A DNA stretch of 63,730 nt, counting the filler, from Reclinomonas americana ATCC 50394 (taxonomy: Eukaryota): the NCBI GenBank assembly GCA_048213135.1. It is 4 parts of one record of this genome, joined end to end, with 100 filler letters (N's around TTAATTAATTAA, not from the genome) between each part and the next. Parts side by side here need not be neighbours in the genome. Positions count along the whole stretch, not along the records: positions 24,527 to 52,883 come from PS015028.1; positions 52,984 to 58,576 come from PS015028.1; positions 58,677 to 63,730 come from PS015028.1; 1 more part is not named here. The stretch is one strand, 5' to 3'. Shown here piece after piece: positions 50,801-61,600 of this stretch. Position numbers and translations under genes: made by a program. The notes beneath the pieces were generated by a model that saw only the letters and a program-made list of their open reading frames with translations, was not told the origin of the DNA and ran no database searches. Within the stretch, counting starts at the first letter, position 1. Every line of letters starts with the position of its first letter.

Positions 50801-50914
50801 CATTGCACGTCCTCTTTTAGTGTGTCGCGTTAACAACTCGTCCGCCTCAGCATCGAGTTCCAGATGCGTCTCAACGACCCGTCGCAGTGGTGGAAGCTGC
50901 CTGACTTGTACTAA
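47860..50914 (+). CDS. Aldo-keto reductase; contig 49366-49777 is flipped
   Basis: MPGIGYGTW, GYRHIDC|AQIY, VWITTKLW, LRVDYVDLLLVH, GRIKHLGVSNF, VNQ|IEVHP, WGLKRGTSVLPK|S. Confidence 0.93.
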
Positions 50915-51161
50915 GGTTGCGTGTCAAGCATGGATGGCTTCGGAAAAATGCCGACGACAATGAAACACAGTGTGCAAGTGTCACAGTGCACTCATGAACG
51001 ATGCCACATCACATGTTGATCGCTGCGCAGCGGATGCAACAAACCATTCGCCACCTACAACCTGTGCACTGAGTGCGAGCCACGGAGAGACAACATCAGT
51101 GAATGTTGGCGTTTGTCCTGCTCTTCCCTACTCTCTTGCTCTCTGTGTGAGTGTGACGAGC

Positions 51162-52005
51162 ATGGTGAAGAACGGCCCATGGGAGGACCACGGCAGTGGC
51201 GGCTCCAACTACTCGTCGCCAGAGGCCTACAACGGCCTCCTGCCCAATGGCCGCGCAGCAGATGGTCATCATGCACGATCGCAGCCACCAGTGGCTGTGC
51301 CATCGTCGCCGCCGCCCCCACCCCCCAAGCCACACGCGCAGTACGACTACGAGTACGCCGAAGGTGAGCACACGAGCACACACACACTCACGTGTGTGTG
51401 ACGTGTCATCTCACACACTGATTCACACAGATGCACCATTGCGTGCGCCTCCAGAACGCGCACCGAGGCAGCCTGCATGCCCCGACTGTGACTGCGACTG
51501 CGACTTTCAGGGCGCCTGCTCGGGTCCACAGTTCCGAGTGACCACCAGCTGGCTGAGCCTGGTGGTCGGATTTGTGTTGTGTGTGGGCGGCTTTACTGCT
51601 GCGACGATGGCGTGTGCATCGTGGGTGACCACCGGCAGTGGCTGGATCTACGACACAGTGTGCGCCGGCTCTGCCACTGTCAGCATTGCAGGCGTGGCCA
51701 CGCTCGCTGTCGGCAACGGGGTGCTGGCTGTCGCACTCGTGCTGTGGTCGTGCATGAACGTCTGCAACACCGCCAGTCGCTACGATAACTCTGAACCGAG
51801 GTTTCGACGCCGCGGTCTCTTTATGCTTCTCGTCACTGCCGAGTGCATTTGCTGCATTGTGTTTTGGGTGGTGACCAGCAAGTTGACACCGCGCGGTGAC
51901 GACAGCGGACGCGACATTATCTCGTCGCTGTTCATCGGCTACTCTTCGGTGCTGGCCGGGATGTGTGTTATGTTTGTCGTCATGTTTTGCTGCACTTCCA
52001 AGTGA
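51162..52005 (+). CDS. Hypothetical four-transmembrane, Cys-rich membrane protein (may extend to 52245 via a further intron)
   Basis: Pro-rich first exon, an intron at about 51364-51430, then four hydrophobic segments. Confidence 0.6.
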
Positions 52006-52282
52006 ATTCGCTTCGTTGCGCCACCCTCCGTTGGTGGCATGGTCAGCAAGTGCTGCGCCGACGCGTCGACACGCAAGCCACGCAGCGTCGCGCCACAAGG
52101 GATCCAGGTCGCGATCGATATATCCCCGGCCGGCGCCGGTGACCGCTGTGAATCAGAGCCGGAGTCACACACACAATTCAATCATTGGCTGGATGGATTG
52201 GGCGAGTCAGCAGTCGACCTCGTCGCGCCGCACTGGCGAAAATGAGAAAATCGAAAGTCAAGCAAAATTGAAATCAATGCAC

Positions 52283-52883
52283 TTATGTCCGCTTTTGGGA
52301 AGTATCGATTTCCAATTGTGCGCTCGGAGTTACACTTCCTATTCTCTTCCTTCTGCCACTCACCACGTCCTCAGCATCGCCACTGTGTGCGTTGGTGAGG
52401 CACATGAAGAAGGTGTCGTCGCCGCGCGACATCATAAACGTTCGCAGAACCATATTTGCCACACCCGGTGTGTCGCCGGTGAAGTAATTCCGAGACACTG
52501 ATACCAACACCGCCGCCGTCATCGTGGCCACAGTCACTGGTGACTACACACTCGCAGTCACGTGCACGGCTTTCCAGTAAAATGAGAGCGCGTTCGAGTT
52601 GGCCGGTTTGTTCATAACTGCACGTGCATGCGCACAACACGCTGCTTGAATGAAGAAAGCATATGCACTGCCATGAGTCTCCGGATTCCCCGTGCGCACA
52701 TTCACACGCGACCAGTGTCTGCAAATGCGTGACCCCGGCCACAAAAAGAATGTGGGAGTTCATTTGCGCGGATCGCGATCGACATCATCCACAAACTCGC
52801 CATCCTCGCCCCCAGTGTAGGCAAGCATTGTGCAGGTGGTGGCCGAGAATGGCAGGTATCGAAGCTCCGTGAGTGCGCCGCGG
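52283..52883 (-). CDS. Possible 3' fragment of an unknown multi-exon gene
   Basis: Short open frames separated by plausible introns. No family recognised; truncated at the scaffold end. Confidence 0.3.
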
Positions 52884-52927
52884 NNNNNNNNNNNNNNNNN
52901 NNNNNNNNNNNNNNNNNNNNNNNNNNN

Positions 52928-52939
52928 TTAATTAATTAA
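52928..52939. other. Artificial six-frame-stop scaffold linker
   Basis: TTAATTAATTAA within N run. Confidence 0.97.
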
Positions 52940-52982
52940 NNNNNNNNNNNNNNNNNNNNNNNNNNNNNNNNNNNNNNNNNNN

Positions 52983-55828
52983 NGTGCGCGGCCACGCTCT
53001 CTCGGCGCGATGTGCACCAGTGGTCGGAGGCGCTGGAGGCGGCTCAACAGGTGTGAGACTTGCGCGGTTGCTCGGCAGTGTGTCCACCTGAATCGCGTTT
53101 GTAGGCCGGAAACCTGTCAATCCAAGCGCACTGTGCCGACAGGATTGCGCGCCTACGCAAACAAGACGAACACCTGTGGCTCCAAGCCGCCATGCTACAC
53201 GAGCAGAACGGCAAACCGGCATTGGCACAAAAGGTGTGTGCGTCTTTATTCTCTCTCGTGCACGCTCCCGCCCGTCTCCATGTCGCTGAGTCGCCTGCAG
53301 GTCCTTCGTGCCGGCTTCCGCCACATGCCCATGTCGCCCACTTTGGTGATGCAACTCGCCGACACACTGTACCGAGCAAAGAACGTGGATGACATGATCG
53401 AAGTCTTGAAGGAGCATCTCAGCCTAGTGTGTCGCAATGCACGCGCTGCTCGTTACATCTCGCTCCCCGCGCGCGCAAGTTACCGAGTGGGTGACAGCGT
53501 GCTGACATTGCGTGCTGTTGTCGGGTGCAGGTCAACAGCCGGTGGCCATCATTCCCGACGTGGTCAGTGCGAACACCATGGTCAACACGCTGTCGCGTTT
53601 GCTGGTGGAACGACAGCAATACATGGCGGCACGAGAGGCCATCCGCGAAGTGTGGGATGCCTTTGCGACGCCCGTTCCCGCTCGGCATCGCGACTTGCGG
53701 ATTCTCGACGCCATCTGTCAAGCGCGACTGGGTGAGCTGTCAGTGGTGAGTGCCGAGTACAGTCGTCATCATTCGGCGGTGATCGTGTGTTCTCACGCGC
53801 GCACATTTCTCGCAGGCGGCGCCAACGTTGGCTCTGGTGAAGCAGCAACCGATTGTGGAGTACCACGACATGTACTTTCGAGTGGGCGAGTCGTTGCGTT
53901 GTCGGCAAGGCGTCGCCGTCACCGTCTGTGTGGCACGTTGTCATTCACAATCGTCGCGTCGACAGCTTTCACCTGCTCGGACATCACGAAGAGGCTCTGC
54001 AATATTATGCCGCCCTGGAACCGTACGCTGAAACCGAGTACCGCCAGCTGTCGTATCACATGGCCAATTGCAAGAGAGCACTTGGTCGCGTGTTGGAAGC
54101 CTTGGAGGATTATCGGCGCTGTTGCGTACACGCATCGTCGCTGGCCTTTTTGATATCGAACTCTCACCGCTGTATCGACTCGTGCTTCTCTCCAGCCATT
54201 CGCCTCATCAATGATCACCAGAGCAAGGTGGAGTTGTGTGAGCTGTACAGGCAATTAGGACGGAGTGCTGATGCGGACGCATTGTCGGCTGAGCTCGATG
54301 GTGAACGTTGTGTGCACGAGCAATCTCTCTCTCCTCGCTGACGTGCGCACACATGCACACACAGACGAACAGAATCCGCTCGACACGTGGAAGGCCGCCC
54401 TCATGCATCACCGAACCGGCGACTGGGAAAAATTCTTGTCGCTCGCCAAGCGCATTATCGAGCGGGGCTTTGTGCGCGAGGAGGTGAGTCAATCGTCGCG
54501 TTCTTCGCGCATAATTCCTGCCTGAGCACCGTGCGATTTTGTGACAGCGCGGTGCCGCCAAGGCCAGTCGACTGCGTGAGGAGCATGCCGGAGCCGTTGC
54601 AGTAGGTGGGTGCTGTAGAGCGGGAGAGAAGGATGAACAGCGTCGTGGCGCTCACCGTCTATTGGGCAATTAGAGGGCGCCCACCGGTCAGCGTGGGGAG
54701 ATCTGCGCAAAGTGATTTCCGCTGCCGATGTGGACGATCTCGTGCGCAAGGTGCGAAGCGCGACTGCCACCGTTGATTGATTTTGCTAGGCTGACACTTT
54801 GACTGGGCTGGCAGGCGGTGCGCGTGCTGGCGCAAAAGGGCCGCCTCTCCGAAGCATTTGCCATGCTCGAGCTTGTGGAGGGTCGTTACAAGGCCCGAGA
54901 AATGGCGCAGTTTCGCGACGGCATCATGTTTCTGAGGATCGGTGCGTGTGTGTGCACATACACTCGTATTTTATCACGCAAACGCCAACTGTGTGTGCAC
55001 TCGCAGGAGTGTGGGCCGTGGCTGGTCAGACAAAGAAAGCGCTGGAGAAGCTCACGTGGGCCATGAATCTCAAGTCGGACTCGCTGCGACTGTGGCAGTT
55101 TTACAACAGCCTCCTGCCGTGTTCCTCGTCCTTTACCTCACAGAAGCGCATCGTTGTTTCGTTCTGTTGTGTTCAGTGTGCCGCTGAACGCTGTCGCTGA
55201 ACATGCTCCCTCGCAGCTACGCCTCAAGCGGACTCACAAGGACAGTCCACCGTGTCTGCTGATGGTGGCCCATAACTTCCTCGCCAGCAAGTCATACTCG
55301 CTGGCAATCGCTTTTTATCAGCAGGTGTACCGCATGCGACCGCGCGATCCACTGGTGCACCTGTGTCTCGGTACGTTACTCTTCTCCCCCACCCCCCCCT
55401 TCCCCCCTCCTCCTCCTCCTCCGGTATTTACGGGGGTCACGAAAAAAACACAGGCGTGGCGCACTTGCTGTCGGCATCGTCGCGAACCGCGCGGCGGCAG
55501 CCGTACATTGTGGCGCAGGCATTCGCCTGGTTGCTGCACTACCTGCACCACCGCTACAGCGGCACACACTTGCAAGAGGTTTGAGTGGCCACACTCACAA
55601 GAGAGAGAGAGCGAGGCGCTGATTCCTCGCTTGCAGGCACTCTACAATTTGGCGCGCGCATTACAGGGAATCGACTTGTGCCACCTTGCCACTCCACTCT
55701 ACGAACGTGCCCTGTCGTGCCCCGGCCCGCTGCAGCCGGAAATCGCCTTCAACCTGTCGCTGATCTACCGCACCTCGGGCAATCATGCGCTGGCGCGCCA
55801 GCTGCTGCACCGGTACATTGTCGCCTGA
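52983..55828 (+). CDS. GTF3C3: TFIIIC TPR subunit (TFIIIC102/Tfc4), 5'-truncated
   Basis: TPRs plus a characteristic C-terminus: AIAFYQQVYRMRPRDPLVHLCLG...AQAFAWL...QE|ALYNLARALQGIDLCHLATPLYERAL...EIAFNLSLIYRTSGNHALARQLL. Confidence 0.9.
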
Positions 55829-57519
55829 GAATGAGGAGAGCAGAAGAACCCACACTCTGCGCGTGTGCCCACTCTCTGCCGCCGATGCCACCGAGCGAGA
55901 GAGAGACAGAAGAGTGCGAGAGTGCGTGAGAGAATCGACTGTTTGTCGGACACAAGACAAGAGAGAGATATCGAAATTCTGTCTACACATTCGCACGCAC
56001 GAGGACGGAGAGTGAATCGAGTCCCCTCGGTCCTTGTTGCATTTCGCGTGCCATGCAGCTGGAGCCACGTGGTGTGGGAGCTGGCACACACACCTCACAC
56101 AGCGCCATTTACTCCGCAATGCCACGACGCACACGCGTTTTTCCGTGTCGACCGTTAGTGCGTCAGTCGTTTACATCATCGCCATTGACACACGCGTGCC
56201 GGTCACATGCACACTCGCATTCATATGTGCGCGGGGGTCCAACCACTTCGGCACCTATTCTCTCCTCACCCCGTGCGTGCGTGATACTCCAATAATCTCT
56301 ATGAGATCGACGATGGGTGGCGCGCGTTCGAGATTCCCATATCCGTAAAGTCGTGTGGCGACGTGCGGGAGAGGGAGAGAGAGTNNNNNNNNNNNNNNNN
56401 NNNNNNNNNNNNNNNNNNNNNNNNNNNNNNNNNNNNNNNNNNNNNNNNNNNNNNNNNNNNNNNNNNNNNNNNNNNNNNNNNNNNNNNNNNNNNNNNNNNN
56501 NNNNNNNNNNNNNNNNNNNNNNNNNNNNNNNNNNNNNNNNNNNNNNNNNNNNNNNNNNNNNNNNNNNNNNNNNNNNNNNNNNNNNNNNNNNNNNNNNNNN
56601 NNNNNNNNNNNNNNNNNNNNNNNNNNNNNNNNNNNNNNNNNNNNNNNNNNNNNNNNNNNNNNNNNNNNNNNNNNNNNNNNNNNNNNNNNNNNNNNNNNNN
56701 NNNNNNNNNNNNNNNNNNNNNNNNNNNNNNNNNNNNNNNNNNNNNNNNNNNNNNNNNNNNNNNNNNNNNNNNNNNNNNNNNNNNNNNNNNNNNNNNNNNN
56801 NNNNNNNNNNNNNNNNNNNNNNNNNNNNNNNNNNNNNNNNNNNNNNNNNNNNNNNNNNNNNNNNNNNNNNNNNNNNNNNNNNNNNNNNNNNNNNNNNNNN
56901 NNNNNNNNNNNNNNNNNNNNNNNNNNNNNNNNNNNNNNNNNNNNNNNNNNNNNNNNNNNNNNNNNNNNNNNNNNNNNNNNNNGTGTGTGAGAGCACACAC
57001 GTGTGCATCACCACGGAACATTGCTCTGTCTCGCATCCTCGCATATTCGTTCATGCAAGCTCACTGAGGCAGAGAGAGAGGCGGCGACGGCCGCATTCCG
57101 ATAATTTGCGGTTGTCAATGGACGATTCCACATTTGGCATTGAACACGTCCAACAATCGTTTTTTCCTCACTCACACCTCAACGAGCGAGAGCGAGCCAC
57201 AGCGCACCTCTCTCACACTCGCCCCCACACATTCCATCTCGCACGTGTGCGTGTGTACTCAGTGGAGGAGAGGGAGAGCGACAAGGGGAACTGCTTGACA
57301 GGTAACTGCCGGAATCCGCGCGCCCGCCAAATATCTTTCGAGGTGACGTGTGAGACAAGCGGAAGGCCCGCGCTTTTTTGTTCTCGCTCCCATCACAGTG
57401 CGACAGTTGAGCATAGGTGATCTTGTTGTCTGTGTTGTTCTCTGATTGGGAAAAGAACACGCTACTCACTGCGGTCTGTGTGTGTGATCATCGGTGCCGA
57501 TTCAAGATCATCAACGAAG

Positions 57520-58576
57520 ATGAAGCGAGGACGCGATGAGGAGGATCACAAGACAGTGACGGACTCCGCCATGGCTCCGTCGCCCACAAGTGCGTACGAG
57601 TGCGACAACACACGCTGTGTGCTACGAAACAAGTGCTGATTCTCGTCGCGCAGGTGCCGGCCTCGCGTATCGCAAGCCACCGATGCGAATATCGTCGCCA
57701 CCAATGACCACCGCGACCTCCAGCAATCCGATCTCTGTGTACGCGACTGCAGGTGGTGGTGGTGGAGGAGGAGGAGGAGGTGGTGGTGGTAGTGGTGGAG
57801 GTGTGCCAGTGGCGCTGCAGCAGCCGCAGCCGCAGTACCGTCTCGGATCGTCGCCTTCGCAGCAAGAGCGATCGTCGGAAGTGCACTATCAGTTGGGCTC
57901 AATTGTCGGTTCTGCCGCAGCCGGTGGCGACTCGTGGGCGCAGCAGCAGCAGCAGCACCAACAGTCGGCGTCGCCTTGGCAGCAGCAGTCGGCGTCGGCA
58001 CCAGTGGCGATTGTGGCGGCGGTCGGCAAGGAGGCGTCAGTTGCATCGTCGGCCAGCTCATCGGCGCACACCACGGCGCCGCACACGCCGGTGCAGTACG
58101 ACTCGCCACCACAGTCGGTCATGAAGATGGAGGCGATGCCCATGACGATGCCGTCGCGCCACGACTTCTTCTCGCCAGCAGTTGCGCTCTTTGGTGCCAA
58201 CTCCTCCTCCTCGTCATCGACGACGACCGCCACCGCTGCAGCCGCTGCAGCGTCCGCGGCCACAGCGACGTCGACAGGCTTTGCATCGCAACGGCATGCC
58301 GGAGGCCCTTCGTTCCAGGACTCGTTCGACGAGGTGGGCGGCGACGACGATGACGACGACGGCGACGAGGATGTGAAAATGACGGCGCACCGACAGCACC
58401 AACAGCAGCAGCAGCAGCAGCAGCAGCATCAGCACCAGTTGCTCCAGGCTGGACTTTATCACCAGCAGCAGCAGCAGCAGCAGCGACACCGCGAAGAGGA
58501 GATGCTGGAGGCGAGGCGATCAGTTGGCGCGCCGACTTATGGACAGCTGCCCCATGACGCGTACCACTACCACGGT
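57520..58576 (+). CDS. Gln/Ser/Gly-rich low-complexity protein, N-terminal part
   Basis: MKRGRDEEDHK... exon, a GTGCGT..CAG intron, then a long open exon with poly-Q/G/D tracts. Truncated at the linker. Confidence 0.55.
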
Positions 58577-58620
58577 NNNNNNNNNNNNNNNNNNNNNNNN
58601 NNNNNNNNNNNNNNNNNNNN

Positions 58621-58632
58621 TTAATTAATTAA
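58621..58632. other. Artificial six-frame-stop scaffold linker
   Basis: TTAATTAATTAA within N run. Confidence 0.97.
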
Positions 58633-58676
58633 NNNNNNNNNNNNNNNNNNNNNNNNNNNNNNNNNNNNNNNNNNNN

Positions 58677-61600
58677 CACATCCACGTTCACCATCAGCGA
58701 AGGTTTGTATCGCTCCTTATCTGTTAAAAGTCGCGTGGCTGACTTAGTGTCTGGGGTGCGCAGCAAATGTGCCTCCGTCTGCTCCGACGATTTCGTCGAC
58801 TGCGTACAACCCACCGCTGGCCCTCAACGACGTTATCGGCGTCTTGTCCTCGACAGACGCAAACACTGGACAGGTTTTGACGTTCAGCATTGTGGGTGGT
58901 GCGGATCAAGCCTCGTTCAATATTAGTGGGTCCAATCTTCGTTGCAATGTTGCCGGCCTCTCCGGCTCCAACTTGGTGGTCATTGTGCAAGTTAGTGACG
59001 GTGCTGGTGGCACAAACACCACAACATTTACGATCGGCAGCTGTTGCGTTGCATTCCACTCTCTCTTGAATCGCCTGGTTGTTGCGCCTGCCTGACTTTG
59101 CTCCGTGAAACACAGCGAACTTGCCGCCGTCTGTGCCCACGTTGTCGACTGTGCTTTACGTTCCACCTCTGGCGCTCAACGGCGTCATTGGCGCGTTGTC
59201 GGCCACCGACCCGAACGTCGGCCAGACGCTGACATTCAGCATTCTGGGAGGAGCCAACTCGGCGCTCTTCAACATCAGTGGCTCAGACTTGCGATCCAAT
59301 GTGGCTGGTCTCGTCGGCAACAACTTGGAGGTAATTGTCGAAGTCAGCGATGGATTCGGCGGACTGACAAATGCCAGATTCTTGATCAGCGAAGGTTGGT
59401 GGCACGCCGCGGCTCTCGTGTCTTGCACAAGTCGTGCATGCTGTTGCTCATTCTTCTCCCGCACACAGTCAACGTGCCACCCACTGCACCCATCCTCTCG
59501 TCCTCGTCGTACATTCCCCCACTGGCCGCCAATGGAGTCATTGGCATCCTGTCATCCACCGACGTCAACAGCGGGCAGTCGTTGACGTTTACGATCACTG
59601 GTGGTGCGCATCAGGCACTGTTCAACATCAGTGGTTCCAGCCTCCGAAGCAGTGGTGCCGGACTCACCGGCAACAATCTGTCGGTGGAGGTCACTGTGTC
59701 GGATGGCGCCGGTGGCACTAACGTCAGCACATTCGTCATTGGCGAAGGTCTGATGCACCTGCTGTCTGACGTCCCATTTTTGTTTGCTGATTTGATTGTC
59801 TGTCGCGACCGCACAGCCAACGTGAATCCCACTGCGCCGGTGCTGTCTGCGCTCTCATTCACACCGCCGCTTCCGTTCAACGGCGTCATCGGCGCCCTGT
59901 CCTCCACAGACCCCAATACGGGTCAAGCGTTGACGTTCACCATTACCGGAGGCGTCAACGCAAGCTCGTTTGCCATTGTCGCCTCGGACCTGCGCTCCAA
60001 TGTGGTGGGACTGAGTGGAATCAATTTGCAAGTGGTGGTGACCGTCAGTGATGGTGCAGGTGGCACCGCCAGCAGCACATTTACCATCACTGAAGGTACG
60101 GTTTCGTGTTTCCAGAATTCATTCACGCTGGTACTCATGAGGTGCTGCTGTACATAGTCAATGTGCCACCATCTGCTCCATCCCTGTCACCCTCGACGTA
60201 CGCGCCGCCTCTGGCACTCAACGGTGTCATTGGCACCCTCTCGTCGTCGGATCCGAATACGGGACAGACGCTCTCGTATTCCATCATCGGCGGCGGCAAT
60301 CAGGCATCGTTCAGCATCAGCGACACAAGTCTGCTGTCGAATGTTGCCGGCTTGACAGGAAACAGTCTGCAGGTGACTGTGCAAGTCAGTGATGGCGCCG
60401 GAGGTATCAACAGTACGACGTTCTCGATCAGCGAGAGTTGCGTGATTGAAGTCTGTGGCAAGACGCGATGTCACTGTCGCTGAATGCTTGTTCCTTGATT
60501 GCAGGCAATGTGCCCCCGAGTGCACCAACACTCTCGACCACTCTGTATGCGCCACCACTGGCCTTGGGCGGCACAATCGGCACACTGGCCGCCACTGATG
60601 CGAATTCTGCGCAGACACTTGTTTACGCAGTCACCGGTGGCACAGATCAGTCCGACTTTTACGTTGTTGGCAACAGCTTGCTCTCCCATGTCAATGGACT
60701 CAGCGGCAACGGTCTTCAAGTGGAGGTCACTGTGTCGGACGGAGCCGGNNNNNNNNNNNNNNNNNNNNNNNNNNNNNNNNNNNNNNNNNNNNNNNNNNNN
60801 NNNNNNNNNNNNNNNNNNNNNNNNNNNNNNNNNNNNNNNNNNNNNNNNNNNNNNNNNNNNNNNNNNNNNNNNNNNNNNNNNNNNNNNNNNNNNNNNNNNN
60901 NNNNNNNNNNNNNNNNNNNNNNNNNNNNNNNNNNNNNNNNNNNNNNNNNNNNNNNNNNNNNNNNNNNNNNNNNNNNNNNNNNNNNNNNNNNNNNNNNNNN
61001 NNNNNNNNNNNNNNNNNNNNNNNNNNNNNNNNNNNNNNNNNNNNNNNNNNNNNNNNNNNNNNNNNNNNNNNNNNNNNNNNNNNNNNNNNNNNNNNNNNNN
61101 NNNNNNNNNNNNNNNNNNNNNNNNNNNNNNNNNNNNNNNNNNNNNNNNNNNNNNNNNNNNNNNNNNNNNNNNNNNNNNNNNNNNNNNNNNNNNNNNNNNN
61201 NNNNNNNNNNNNNNNNNNNNNNNNNNNNNNNNNNNNNNNNNNNNNNNNNNNNNNNNNNNNNNNNNNNNNNNNNNNNNNNNNNNNNNNNNNNNNNNNNNNN
61301 NNNNNNNNNNNNNNNNNNNNNNNNNNNNNNNNNNNNNNNNNNNNNNNNNNNNNNNNNNNNNNNNNNNNNNNNNNNNNNNNNNNNNNNNNNNNNNNNNNNN
61401 NNNNNNNNNNNNNNNNNNNNNNNNNNNNNNNNNNNNNNNNNNNNNNNNNNNNNNNNNNNNNNNNNNNNNNNNNNNNNNNNNNNNNNNNNNNNNNNNNNNN
61501 NNNNNNNNNNNNNNNNNNNNNNNNNNNNNNNNNNNNNNNNNNNNNNNNNNNNNNNNNNNNNNNNNNNNNNNNNNNNNNNNNNNNNNNNNNNNNNNNNGAA

